64,000 nucleotides of DNA from Sarea resinae (Eukaryota), in NCBI GenBank assembly GCA_026026165.1, contig JAPEUD010000020.1:1-64000 (forward strand). The letters run 5' to 3'. Position numbers and translations under genes: made by a program. Numbering within the stretch: position 1 is the first letter of the stretch; each line of letters opens with the position of its first letter. This document shows positions 1 to 13,538 of this stretch, piece by piece. The notes beneath the pieces were generated by a model. That model ran no database searches. It was not told the origin of the DNA and was given only the letters and a program-made list of their open reading frames with translations.

Positions 1-1879
1 CGTGACGGCCAGCGCCAGCCGAGCGCAGAGCCCGAGGGAGCCTCTCCCGCCGACGTGCTCGCGATCTGACTAATCTGGCCAACCCTCATCTTACTTCCCC
101 CTCCCTGCGCCGCCTCTAGCTGCAACGGGACAGGGATCTGCCAGAGATTGCCGGCATCGCCTGGCCGTGCCTCTTGCTCCCTTGCGCGCTCTCGGATGAT
201 TCGGAGAAATCGAAATCGGGAGGGTGGCAGGCGGGCAGGCGGGCAGGCGGGCATCGAGCTTGGACGTCTTGGCTGGGCGCTGGGGCAGTTGCTTCTCCAA
301 CGATCGACACGGCTCTGTTGAATGATGTTGAGTGGCCGCCAGGTTGTCCACCCTTGGCATGCGCCATGGGACTTCTGCCACCTTGAATCTCTCCATAACA
401 CAATGGCAAAGTCAGTCGACTAATCTGCTGATTTCGCCTGGGGTAAATCCGTACGGTGCGGTGATACCAAACAGAGGGAACCATCATGACGATCATCCCG
501 CCAATACTCTAAGTACCTCCGACAGATGGCCGACTCTTGCGCAAGGGTGACGAGGATCTGCTCCCTGCCCCGGTGCGCTTCCCCCATATTGTACTATGTA
601 CGTCGAATTCCGTAGAGCACCCACCAGCTGCAGCCCGAAACATTCAAAGCGCGTCCTCGTTGGGTCCAAGAAGACGACGATGCATCCGGTCTTCGCGATT
701 CGTGTGGATCATCTGAGAAAGTCAACGGCCTGGACGATGATCACGTCCGAGAGGGAAGAGGAATTTGACCGCTTCGCCTGCCCACGGGAAAATACCAGCA
801 TCTTTGAACTGGATACTCCCTACGGAGCCGGGCGCTCCGCCGCGATCGATGTCGCAAAATCCTCGTCGCGGAATCTCGTCTTCATCGCGGACGATTATTG
901 CTGCATCAGGTTCTACTACTGCTCTTTGTCTCTCTTAGAATGCTTTAGCATCCCTGTACATATTCTCACCACCGATCCTCCTATCCAAAACCCAGATGCA
1001 CCTTACCGTGTAGAGGCAAAGCCGTTCTGCAGTTGGGGAAGATTTGCGCCGCGATTACCGGACATATCGACGATGCCTTCAAATCTCATTCAATCGCGGA
1101 CGGGGAGCTGGAATTGCCCACCGTATTGGCCTACCGGAGGCCTAGACTTCGACCAGGGTTACCTCTACCTACACATACCTAACGTACCTTACTATTAGGC
1201 GGTCGAGGTACCAGTACGAAGTACTTCAAACGGCACTGCAAATGGCAGCAAGGATCACGGTCGGTAAAAGTTGACGATGCTGCCTTACTCACCCCCTTCG
1301 ACGACCTTATTTCGCTTACATGACAACCCTCTGCTTACCTCACTCACGTCACCTTGACTAGTTCACCCACCCCTACACCATTTTATGGGGAGTCGGACGG
1401 ATCGTAGGCATCGTCGGCATCGTGGGCGTCGCAGAGAGTGGGGAACCGGCCACACTCGGATCGCCCAACTCCCCACCTGTCAAAGATAGAGTATTGCAGA
1501 TGCAGATCCGTGCGTTCACTCGGGGAAGTCCACCGTCTTCTTCACTTGGACGTGCTGACTAGTTTTTCATCTTAGTGGACGGAAAAACTTCGACGTGCTC
1601 GCTCTAAGGTTCTGAATAGTCGGTATGGGTAACCGACGGCAATGATGGCCGAGGTACGACCAGAAGGCCAAGGATGCATCTCAGGGGTTACCATTGACTG
1701 ATGCTATGACACAGCAGTCCTTCACAGTGTTATCGTGATATTTGGGAGGGCATCGTGGCAAGCAAGAAGTGGTATCATTCGAGTAAGATTGAGTGAGGAT
1801 GACTAATTTCATGCATCGTTAGTTGCAGCAAGAGGGCGGAAGCTGCAGTGGTGAAATGGTAGCCAACGGAGACCCGACT

Positions 1880-3742
1880 CTAATTTCGGGAACCCAGTTC
1901 TCTCAGTAGCCCCGCTTGGTACAACGAAGCAATACACATCAATAGCAACAACACGATCACCACGTGGAAGCGACTGAGTAACGGCGTCGTCTGCAGCCTA
2001 TCGATCTCCTTTACCTTACCACCCTTTCCCCCGTACACGGACGTCTTTGGCATGCCGAAACTTTGGAGAATTTGATCGGTAGTAATTTTGCTCCCAGCTA
2101 GACAGATAGGCATTCCAGTACCGGGGTGCGTGCTGGCTCCGACGAAGTGTAGATGCTTGATGCTTGAGTGTTGCGTTGCGGGGCGGAACCATAGCACATT
2201 CCAGAAGCTGTGACTCAAGCCCAGAATAGCACCTTTGTCCAGGTTAAACAAGGCCTTCCAAGTTTGAGGCGTGTTGACAAATTCCTTCGCCACGTGGGCA
2301 GAGATAGAAGCTCCAGTACGTGCTTCAATTGTTTTGAAGATGGTGGAGCGGGCCGTTGAGATCATCTCATCCCAGTTCTGGGGGTTGATACCGCGGCCTT
2401 CCTTGTCGTCCAGTAAATGTCCCACAGGTACAAGAACAATCAATGAGTCCTTGCCTTCGGGGGCAGCAGTGGGGTCAATGCGCGACGGTACATTGACGTA
2501 GAACGATGGTTCCTTCGGTATGAGCTGCCTCTTGAAAATATCATCGAAGCTATCACGGAAGTCGTCTGCCAGGAAAATGTTATGGACCTTGAGCTCAGGG
2601 ATCTTGGCGTCCATCGCCCAGTAAAAGGAGATACTGCTGCAGGAAGCCGGCAGCTTCTCCAACCGCTCCGCGCGGCGCGAAGAGGGGAGGAGGTTGTTGT
2701 ATGCGTAGACCAGATCTGCGTTCACGACAACTACGTCTGCGTCCAACGTCTCACCGCTTGCGAGAGTCACGCCTGTGGCCCTGCGTTGATCCGGTGATAG
2801 GGTAATGGAGGAGACTGGTGTCGATAGACGGTACTCTACACCAAACCTCTTTCCGACATTTACTAGCCCATCAATGATCTGATTGATGGTCAGTCCAGAC
2901 CAATAGTAGAATGAAAATTGGGAAGCTTCATACCTTGTGAAAGCCTCCGATAGGATACCAGATACCCTCCGCTAGCTCGGTATATTGCAACAGACTGTAT
3001 GTGCCCGGCGCCTCGAATGGACTCATGCCCATGTACATGCTCGCAAAGGTGAAGACTCTTCGTAGCCTCTCTGTATAGAAGTATTTGGTCGCTCGACTGT
3101 AGATGCTCTCAAAAGGGTGCAGTTCCAGCAAATGTCTCAAGAAGTTTGGCCGCAACATTGATACGATCGTAGTAAAATTTTGGCGTAAGACATGCGTGAC
3201 ACTCAGTTCGTAATGACGATGAGCCTCCTGGAGGAATCCCAGATAACGCTCGAATCCATCTTTCCCTTCCCATTTCTCGACCTCCTTCTTCATGCGAGCG
3301 ACATCGGTGCTAAGCTGGAAGGACTCTCCGTCGCCGAACCAGAGATTGTAGTTAGGCTCACACTTGAGAAGCTCAATGCCTTCGGCCTCAAGGCTCGTGT
3401 CGAGGTCACGGAAAGCTTCAGCGAAGAAGCCCGGTAGTAGGAGAAGAGACGGCCCTTGATCGAAGCGCTGTAATCGTCAGATATGATGCAGACGGGATGA
3501 CGCAATGGGGTAGCATACATGGCCATCATGATGGATGAGAGAACAGCGCCCTCCCGTAAAGTCATTCTTCTCAATGACGGTGACCTTGAAGCCTTCCTTT
3601 GCAAGACGTGCTGCCGTTGCGACACCGCCAACTCCCGCACCTACAGATAACGATGGTCAGTAAAGCTTCTCTTTGGGTATTCACTTGAAGGCTTGAGCTT
3701 ACCGACGACAATGGCCGTCTTCTGCTTCTTTCCCTCAGCCAT
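1880..3742 (-). CDS. carB: Phytoene desaturase (CrtI/Al-1 family), multi-exon
   Basis: Spliced N-terminus MAEGKKQKTAIVV|GAGVGGVATAARLAKEGFKVTVIEKNDFTGGRCS (GxGxxG FAD fold). Exon ORFs carry FTFASMYMGMSPFEAPGTYSLLQYTELAEGIWYPIGGF, SFYVNVPSRIDPTAAPEGKD and FVGASTHPGTGMPICLAG, then a C-terminal hydrophobic tail. GT-AG introns are visible. Confidence 0.95.
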
Positions 3743-4308
3743 CCCCGCTGTTGAGCAATTGAAGTGTAGTTGAGATCGGGACCTATCAAAGTCAATTGGC
3801 GTGTTGCACTATCGTAGGCCACGCCCATACATTAGCACCCATCACCAATCTTATAGGCATCAAGGTATTGGATTTGGGGGTCAGCGCTGGAGATCAGGTC
3901 AGGGTACCGAATGGAGATGTCATGACTTCCTGTGCACTAGCAGAGCTAGGCTCCGTCTCGCGTATCGAATGCGCATCAACCTGGAAGACTCCGGGTGGCT
4001 TAGGCTTCCTTGGGGTACTGCAGTAGGTATCGACCTGGGAAACTTGGGCCTTCGACTCCTCGGGACCCGGAAGCTTTCAGGTACGGAATATGCTGTGCTA
4101 CATACCTAACTTCGTACCTCCCTGCCTCCCTATCTACCTACCTCCCTCCTGCGTGCAAAGACATACTTCTTATCGTTCGAGTATCTCGTGCGCTGCGGAC
4201 ACTCTAGTTGTATCACACGAGATTTCCATGTCATGTCATGCTATGCCATGCAGTGCTTCGATCACGAAGCTAATTTAGCTACTGAGTGCTTGATAGTCTA
4301 TCATGCGT

Positions 4309-6360
4309 CTATGAGCAATTCAACGCCCGCCATGCAACCCTCATCCTCCTGAGTTTGGGTACTGTAGCTCTCCCAGCTCGGACTTGGAAATTGTTCTCCT
4401 GTAGCACCCTCCCAATCTCGAGATAGCTCTCAACGGCTACCCGTATTGGCCCTTTCGCTTCTGAAGGCAGCTCCTCAATCGAGCCTCGTGCTTCCCGGTA
4501 GAGACTCATTGCCTTGTCGAGCAACCGGCTTCGAAATGCTTCTGTTCTCTTGCCGGTGGGTTCCTTGATGATGTCTTCGGGAGTCAGGCTTTCCTCCGCC
4601 AGCCATATGGTGGGAATGTAGACTCGTCCAATACAAGCATCGACGGCAATATCTCGTGCGATGTTGACGTATTGAAGAGCCACCCCCATACGCCCTCCTG
4701 CCCGGATCAGCTTTTGGCACTCGAGAACTGTCGGTCTGGCGCTTGCATGGTAAAATACGAGCTCTAGGCAGAGTTCGGCCACCGTACCAGCAACCCGGTT
4801 GGCGTAGAGTTCCAAATCGCTGTCACTCATGATGGGCCAAGCATTAGGGCTGCTCGCAACTTTGAATGAAAACTCAAGATCGGTCTCAAACCCCTCCAAG
4901 AGATCGTAGAGCGGCTGGCTACTTAGGTAAGAAGTCGGCAACAGAAGAAGGGCAGCCTGCGCTGATGCTGGGAAGCGAGAAGCAACGAAATCCTGAAAGG
5001 CGGCCTCTTCTGTCATGCGCTCCGGAGCATATGCCTTATCGATGAAGATTCTCAATTGATTGACCCAATGTTTTGCCTCTTTGATGGTTGCGGCGTTGTC
5101 CACCATATCATCGGCAACTCGACAGAATGAATATCTAGCACGTATTGCATCAGCAGTGGCTTACAACACGCTGAAAAGGACTACTTACAGATTGATCATG
5201 TCTATTCGTAGTCTCCCTTGAAATGCACCACTTGCCAAGTAAAAGCTTCGGCTTTTCTTTCGTAGCCTCTCAACAGCTTGACAGAGCCCTTCAATTCTGC
5301 TTTCGTCATAAGATGAGATCGGGATCAGAAGCGCCTGCACCAAGAGAATTGGCGAAGGTGACGCAGGAACCCTGGCGAACATTGAAGGAAATGTTTCAAG
5401 GACAGCCAGTGCATTATCAAAGGCGATGAGGCCGAAGACAATTAGGATGTTGGTGATCAAGAAGAACACCGCTTCTCTGTATCACTGTCAGCTCCGATTT
5501 TATAGTGGGTGGATGCTTAGGGGCCTACTCGATCTCCAAGCCCTCCCATAATGTAATATTGAGCTTGGTACCGGACTCGATGACCCATGTCCCTCTCCTC
5601 AGAGCCAGAGTATCCACGAACCACAGATACAAGGTCGGAAGAACAATAGGCCATATGGTATTAGAAAATGGCAATCCCCATATGAATTGGTAAGCAACCG
5701 TCCTGCGGGAGTCAGTGTGAACCTTTCGTGAATTGACGTTGAAAAGAGATTACCATAACAGCAACACAAATGGCAAAGCCCACAGGAGGATCAGGCCCAT
5801 ATAAGTGCCTTCACCACCATGCTGGAACAACTTCCAACCGCACAGAATCAATAGGACCAACACGGCTTGTCCAGCAAATCTCAACCACGCACTCGCAGCG
5901 AAGCCATTCTGCCCTTTACCTTTCAGGTAAACAGAGTGAAAGGTAGGCTTGCTCAGGAAGAGATACAGCAGTGAAGTGTTGTAGGTTTGAATGAGGAAGA
6001 AAAAGATCTCTTCCGCCGGGATATCGAAAAGAGTCGGCCCGACAATGGCATCAACGGGATAAGTCCAAATTTTATTGCGTATCAGATAAGAATCCCATGG
6101 GGTCGTCGATATGACAGCAACCTGCCAAATTTCAGCAAGGTGAAAACAATTTCAGACACACCGGTCATACAGTGATAAGGAAAAGAATCTTGTAGACATC
6201 TAAACGTGTGAACAATGGCCTGTAAACAGAGGTGAGAACTATAGCCAGAGGGATTGTGTACTTGATATGCCTGTTTCACATATCAGTCTCTGACATCAAG
6301 GCTTCCACGGCTGCCAATTACGGAACAAAGCACGTACACAAGGGCATAGTCGTAAGCCAT
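4309..6360 (-). CDS. carRA: Bifunctional lycopene cyclase / phytoene synthase (Al-2/CarRA family), multi-exon
   Basis: Start [15 protein letters not shown]. Cyclase motifs TTPWDSYLI and [16 protein letters not shown]. Synthase motifs [31 protein letters not shown] and [23 protein letters not shown]. Confidence 0.95.
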
Positions 6361-8198
6361 GGTGACGATTGAGTGGGAGATCAATCGTCTCTCGTCAACT
6401 TCTCATCGTCTCAGATATTGTCGTGGCTAGGGCAAGTCGGGTAAGGTGGGTGTGGTGGGTAAGGTCAGGTAGGCCTCGATTATATTATTGCGGCGGATCA
6501 GGGTCTCGATTGTCTCTTGAGATCGTATGGGACTAACTGTCGGTTGAGATCTGACTCGAGATTTGCGGGCACGGAAAATCCAAGGCCGAGACTTGACAGT
6601 GACATGCAGTGGGCGGGCGAGTTGACGCCCTCGTGGGAAATGAGATGAGCATTGGGTGGAGCGGGAAAGCGTGGGACCGATCGTGGATGAACCGGTCTCG
6701 TCGTAGCGTTCGAATGGGCTGTTTGGAGAAGGCATCTACTGCGCAGTAGCACTGCGATCGGCATCCCGATCCATGACCTACGGCCTACCAGTCCTGAAAG
6801 GTCAAAGGAGTCACACGGTTGAATCGGTGATACGAAGCACGGCATCAAAATGTCGAGGTGTTGATTGAGAGAGACGGGATCGAGCAGCAGCAGCAGCAGC
6901 AGCAGAGCTAGTCTATGAAATATTCCATTTCTACCTGACCTTACAGGAGTTTGATATCCGGGTAGGCAAGATACGGTAGATATGTAACGTGAGATTGAAG
7001 CATCTCTTCGAGGTACGCAGAGACATCCTTGGATGGCGTTGAATGAGCCGAGGGACTTCAGTACTCCGTACATAAGCCCGGCGTACTTCTCCCACGTTCA
7101 TTACTAAGGAGTGCCATCAAGCACATGGAAGGTAGGTAGGTACCTAAGGTACGGAGTAGTTGTCCTCTACCAGAGCCTCCCCCCTTTAGGTTCCCGTCGT
7201 AAAAGCAGCGGCCACATCGGACCGACCGTGCAGCAGGCACGGCAGTCAGAGCAACTCGAACCGCTGCACTCATGGTGCTACTACCCGTGTCTTGACGTCA
7301 CGATTCCTTGACTCGACTCGAGTCGACTCACTCGACTTCCACGCCGTCGATAGTTTGATGGGAACAAGGTTAGGACGGCCCATAGAGGAGCCTTGATAAC
7401 CCTCGCGTTCGACTCAACTCTGGTTTCATGGCCGTTGGCTTTGGGTCCCACGCCATCCCTTTGCTAGGTTCTCTTAGAGCAGGAAAACGTACTACGTAGT
7501 AGTCGTCTATGTGCTCCGTAGTACTCTACTTCATACACCCACCAACACGACCCCCGAGACTTCCGCTCCTGGTCCGTGATATCCCTGAGAGTCTCCTGCG
7601 CACTGTCCTCTTCGGCACGCAACGGTAAGTACCACGTCTAGGTGCATGGGTGTGAGGATCGATCCATGATGCATGGGATGAATTATCGAACTCCCCATCC
7701 TCGTACCTTTTAGCTTGGGAGAACCTTGCTGGCATCGATACATCCATGGACCGTACGGAATTGAGAATTGCAGTGCTGATGGGAAGAAGCCCGAGGCCAG
7801 GCGATCCGGGTCACCTCACATTGTCCAGTACTATCGCTGTATGTAGACATTGGATCGATCATGAACGATGACTGCCGTCATATCCTCCTGTCCCGGATCC
7901 TGTTTTGGCTGAAGTGGATTGTACTTCAGGCAGGTAATAGTCAAGTGATGTACTTCATACTCGAGCGATGCCATCCGGACTGCAGAACTGGCCCATACAT
8001 CGCCTCTCTGGCCAGATTTCCGTAGCTTGTACGCCGTTAGGTCGATCTCTCACATTAAATTAGTGAGCAGCATGTGAGTGCGCCTACGGCCTTTTCGACA
8101 TTCACATACATGCCCTCTCGCCCTCGAGGTTGCCTTTGTGCAACCCGAAACTGTTTGTGTTGTGTCGAGACCAAGAAAAGTCACTTTTGAGTGCATAA
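6361..8198. promoter_or_regulatory. Divergent (shared) promoter region of carRA and carX
   Basis: 1.84-kb interval between head-to-head start codons. It is rich in GATC/CGATC words and contains a short (CAG)n run at about 6883-6905. Confidence 0.55.
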
Positions 8199-10274
8199 AT
8201 GTCGCCAACGTCTGCAAAGTCGAGGCCAAACGGTCCTCACCCGTAAGCCGCAATTGCCTCTCCTGCAGGATATCTGGAACCTAATGGGGGCGCGATAGAT
8301 ATCTCTCCGGAAACTTTGCACCGATCCGCAGGATTCAGCCATTGACACCATGCAGTTACAGTGGCACGATACCGGACGAGCTCACGGGCGGACAGTACGT
8401 CCGCAACGGAGGGAACCCGGTCCTGAATGAAGATCTCGGCCGTGATGCCCACTGGTTTGATGGCGATGGAATGCTCACTGGCGTTGCATTTCGACGCCAT
8501 GACGAGAAGACTGGGAAGATTCAGCCCGAATTCGTCAATCAATTTGTCTTGACCGACGTCCTGCTCTACTCTGCTTCGACCCCATCTCTCAAGAGGCCAA
8601 TTCTACCAAGTATCGCGACGCTCGTCGACCCGCTCTCGTCGCTCCTCCGAGTGATATTGGTGGTGTTCCGGACAATATTTCTAGTCATCTTGTCGCATTT
8701 GCCCGGTTCGCAGCAAGCCATCAAACGGATAAGTGTTGCCAACACGGCAATTCTCTATCACGATGGAAGGGCTCTTGCAACATGTGAGAGTGGACCGCCT
8801 ATGAGAGTATCATTGCCCGGTCTGGAGACGGTCGGATGGTTCAACGGAAAGAGGGCAGTCGGTGAGGTCAGCGGAGAATCTGGGCCCGGGTTCGGTGGAA
8901 ATGGGATGCTGAGTTTCATGAAGGAATGGACAACTGCCCATGTAAGCTGGGACCCTGAAGACGTTGAAGAATTATCGCTGATTGCTTCTGTAGCCTCGGG
9001 TTGATCCCATCACCAAGGAGCTGCTGCTCTATCATAATTCATTTGCACCGCCCTACGTTCAGTACTCTATCATCCCACCCACATACAAGGTCGACCATAA
9101 GATCCATCCGAAGCGTATTATGAACGCTCCTGTCCCCGGTATCCATTCTGGGAAACTGATGCACGATTTCGCCGTTAGCCTCCGGCACACTGTCATCCTG
9201 GACCTCCCCCTCAGTCTTGACCCTATCCAACTTGCAAAAAACAAGCCTGTGGTTGCTTACGACCCCAGAGCAAAATCACGCTTTGGAGTCTTCCCGCGCT
9301 ACGACCCGTCACAGGTCCGTTGGTTTGAGACAAGCGCATGCTGCATCTTCCACACAGCCAATACCTGGGACGACATCACGACTTCCCCTTCGGGCGCATT
9401 GCAAACAATAGCGGTCAATATGCTCGCTTCACGCTTGACCTCTGCAACTATCATCTTCAGCGCGGGCGACGTCGCGGCTCCCCAACTTGCCCAGCCTTTA
9501 TCTACCAGTGATCCACAAGAAACAGAGCAATGCCGTCTCTATTACTATCAGTTCTCCATGTCCTCTCATCAAAATCTCATCGCGCACCAGTGGGCTCTAT
9601 CCACGGTGCCCTTTGAATTTCCAAGTCTCAGAGAAGACCGGGCCATGTCCGCCGCTCGCTACATCTACGGCACTTCTGTGGCCGACATCACTTTCACGGC
9701 TGCCCTTGGACGCGGCGTCAAAATCAATGCGCTTGTGAAAATGGATGTTCTGACTCTGATCGCCCGCGGAAAGAGAAATCCTCCGACTTCCGTCACTGGC
9801 TCCGTCGACACGCGTACTCCTGCTGAGATTCTTTCATCTACGGATTCAGATGATCCTATCCAGATCTTTGAGTTGCCGAAAAACTGCTACGCTGCAGAAT
9901 CTCGCTTCGTGCCTCGCAAGGACGCCACCCGTGAGGATGACGGATATCTGGTCTTCTATGTCTTCGATGAGTCGCAGCTCGATGCTCAGGGCGAGTGTCC
10001 CCCCACCGCCAGGAGCGAGCTCTGGATTCTCGACGCCAGGTCTATGAAACATGTCGTAGCGCGCGTGCATCTCCCCCAGCGAGTGCCCTATGGCCTACAC
10101 GGAGCCTGGTTCTCGGAAGATGAAATTACCAACCAGCGACCCATTGAGTCTATGCGGGTAGTCCCTGCCGTAGTGCCGGACCACAAGGACGCGCACTCAA
10201 ATCCTAAGCCGATGACTGCGCCGTGGAGAGGCTGGATGGCGGTGAGAGGATACATGGAACATCTTCTGGCTTGA
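8199..10274 (+). CDS. carX: Carotenoid cleavage oxygenase (RPE65/CCO family, CarX-like), 3 exons
   Basis: Exons about 8199-8242, 8299-8941 and 8993-10274. HPYLSGNFAPI, YVRNGGNP and HWFDGDGML are present, as are four Fe-ligand His contexts: WTTAHP, MHDF, IFHTAN, YGLHG. Divergent from carRA as in the Fusarium car cluster; the symbol rests on family plus context. Confidence 0.88.
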
Positions 10275-10609
10275 TAGTGACGGAATTGTATTTTGGAATA
10301 TCTCTCATCTCAATTTCTGGAACGGGTACATATGGTCATGAGACGGTGGCATTGGAATTCGGCGTCAAGGTCCTGGCTTGTCTATAGGAATCATCAGGGG
10401 CGTGCATAGGTACGGATTGAACATGGCAATACTCTGTATAATGAAGTAATTGTAATCTGTCATCTCTTCTAAATGCATATTCATTTAAAGTGATTGACAT
10501 TGATAGTAAATTATGGCTAAATCCGTGATTCAAGGGGCCGTTCACAGCTCCCAGCTGAAAGGTCGCTGGATGAGGTATGCATTTCAGTCAAATCGCTCAT
10601 GCCGAAATC

Positions 10610-11440
10610 AGCCCTGAAGCATTGACGTTCGAGGGCCCTCGGCCAAATCGCAAGTATCGTCTAACACCAAAAAATCCTCAAGTGACTCGTTCGAGTACGT
10701 TTGGCAGAAACCCAAGTTCAAGACAGTTCCGTGGATCATCATCAAACACCGACTTACACGTGAAACAAAATGAGACGTTCGACTATGTTTGCCGGAAACT
10801 CTCCTCTCCAAATCCTAAAGCAGTCATTAATATCGGACCAGAGACTGTCGAGATTGGCCCAAACCACGTCTGAAGATCTCTGGACACTACGTTGAACATT
10901 GCTCTTGGAACTTCTGGTAGAGATCCGACGATTTTTGCCGGAAAACTCCTAATAGGCTTTCAGTATCGTCTGGCATCACGCAAAAACCTCCTGGTAGACG
11001 TTTGATGATTTTGGACCAAGACTTAGAGACTTGACGGTAATCATCGAATGCCGGAATACGTACTGAAGTGAGACGATCAACGACTTTTGGCCAAAACCCT
11101 ATGATAGGTGGTTTCGAGAAATTCTTGTCGAACACCTGACGAAAGGTCGAGACGCGACAAGCAATACAGTCTGCCGGAAACTTTAGGAGTTGTCCCAATG
11201 CCGCCGAAACAGATTATGAAAAATATCAAACGCTCGATTCCATCTGCCAGATATTCCTTTTTCATTATCCAAAATCGGACGAGAATCCAAGCCGAGGCGC
11301 CGGATGTCTTTTGCCCCAGATGTCCAGCAGAGTTGATTCATCATCGAACATCGGACGGCAAAGACCGGGATGACGAGAGCCTCTGAAGTGAGACGTTCGA
11401 CGATTTTTGCGTTTTACGAGCGAAAGAAACCCTGCACGTA
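10610..11440 (+). repeat. Degenerate interspersed repeat array, possibly a decayed repeat-protein gene
   Basis: A motif like GAGACGTTCGACnATnTTTGCCGGAAACCC recurs at about 10685, 10772, 10841, 10922, 11070, 11149 and 11390. Translations in shifting frames: DSFEYVWQKP, ETFDYVCRKL, RSDDFCRKTP, ETINDFWPKP, ETFDDFC. Confidence 0.45.
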
Positions 11441-12738
11441 GCACAGCTGCACGCACCCACGTTCGGACATTCTAGAAATCGACGTCTCCCTCGCAGAAAC
11501 ACACGCACCTACACACACTCTTTCTCTGTAATATTCTCTCCTGTACTACGTATATCTTAGACATGAGGCTATATCCTGAAAATATTTAGATTGCGAAGAG
11601 CTCCATTACAATTCGGCTATCATCTTCTAATTTTGTGATTGTATATTTTGCAGATGTTCTTACCAATCCCAGTCTTACCTTGAATGATTTTTGTTCTAGC
11701 ATCTGCTCTGAGTAGTACTTCTAGCTGACCTCCATCTTTGCCTGGGTTCTGTCGTCTCAATGGGAATTTCCATCGAAAATGTAGGGTGCCAAGGGATAAT
11801 TGAACGTCCGATACTACTACAATTGGCAGGGAGATAAAGCATCCAGATGCTGCTATTCAAATGATGCCGTTCTCCACCGCCGGACAATGTCTCTGCGCGG
11901 ATTCTAACTGTGCCTTGGCATGGATAAAGCTGCTTTCTTCTCCTTTAGGTCTACAAAGACGGACTCATAGCGAAGAGCAAGTGCGATCGTGTAAATGTAG
12001 AGCCTATTAGAAACTACTTTGAGGTTGTGCAAGTCAGCTCTGTCTGCTTAGTAATATCCCCAGTCTCATCCCGCTTCAGTACTAAACTAGACTCCAAAAA
12101 ATATCGGTAGGAAGTGTAAATCAACAACAGCTCGGTCGAGATATATCATCGCGCGGAAGCGCTGGGCTCAGAGTGAAGATTCTGCAGTACCATATTCTCT
12201 AGAGCAGACTGCTGTAATGCTGCTTCTTTGGCCGATCAGGAGGGTGGAGGGGGATCCGATAGCTGAATGTTCAAGATATAAGCGAATTGACAGCTTATTG
12301 CTCATGATCAGAGCAAACCCCCCCTTCTATTCCAGGAGCTGCCCGACCAAGCGCTAATATGGAACTGTGGTATCTAGAGAAGCTATGTATCACCGCCATG
12401 CTCGGCAGCTAGGCCTCTGATGGCGTAATTTCTTTCACCATGGCGCATGTAGTTGCAGCTTACATGCTGTTCACTCTTCAAAACAGCTCAAGAATTTGCA
12501 GAAAGTGACGGAAATCTCTCAAGAACTCTTGCTTCTCTCATATTCACGCCGTGTTTGCATGCTTTCCCTGGGTGGTGTAGGTGACTCCGACCCTACACTT
12601 CCGCTATGAAACCCATTCGGATCCCCACCTTCTTCTCTTTCCTCACCTTGCAGAAGATAGTCTTCCGAAGTGCTTCCGCATCGTCACCGTAGGAACTCGT
12701 CATCTCTAATTATGAACTAAATTGAACGTTCATACATC

Positions 12739-12894
12739 AAATCACCTTACCCCTGCCGACCATCATCATCATCATCATCATCATCATCCTCCTTCCATCA
12801 CTTCTCTTAGTTTCCACCACGGTACAGAGTACTGGCCATACACTGTTCTGATCAGCTTAAACCCTCTGAACCAAATCACCTTACCCCCGCTTAC

Positions 12895-12928
<34 letters not shown>

Positions 12929-12930
12929 TT
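12739..12930 (+). repeat. Tandem duplication with (CAT)n microsatellites upstream of helicase A
   Basis: AAATCACCTTACCCC...CCATCATCATC occurs at about 12739 and about 12874, each followed by a (CAT)n run. Confidence 0.85.
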
Positions 12931-13538
12931 CCGTCAATTCTCTTCCACCACGACCAGACACTTGCTCTCTCAACCAGAAGTCCGTTAGAGGAAGCTCGGA
13001 AGCCTCAGCTCACAGCCTTGAATCATGCATTTTCACCAAGGTACACTTCTAGCATCTCATTGATCCTCTAATCTCCGGGCTAACATGAGCTCACTCTCTT
13101 TGAATCAGACTGTTCACTCGTTTCGTTATTTCCTCCTGCTTCACTTGGAGAACGACGTCTCCAAGACTGCCTGATAGAGTTCTAGAGGAAAAACAGCCCT
13201 GAAAGTCCGCACTGCTAAGGTGAGCCCTGAACTTTTCACATTCTCCGCATTTTGAATTTCACCACTTGAGATTGCTTCACCCTCTCAGTATTCACGTATA
13301 GTGGAAAGCTTGCAAGTTGCAACCTCTATTGTTTCGCCTTCTTCTTACCTGTTAAACTCTCAGTCCTGTCGGTGGCTATCCACCTTCGTCACTATCCACC
13401 TTCACTTTCCACCATCCATCCACCATCCACCATCTATCCACACATTTTTCATCCATTTTCAATCCATCAGTTCTTTGGCTTCTCTTGTTCAGCTTTTCTA
13501 ACCAGACAATTACCGCAGTCTGAGAGAATCCCTCCGAG

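Noticed and set aside
596..1198. 200-aa ORF downstream of carB
   Set aside because: No recognisable motifs or 7-TM pattern; not an opsin; probably spurious.
7129..7152. Recurrent GGTA/TACC words (also about 1160, 18005, 24450, 37272, 37800) as CRISPR-like or element termini
   Set aside because: Short, irregular simple-sequence words with no spacer structure; this is eukaryotic DNA.
6427..7747. Several 60-190 aa ORFs between carRA and carX
   Set aside because: No homology cues; they lie in a divergent promoter region.
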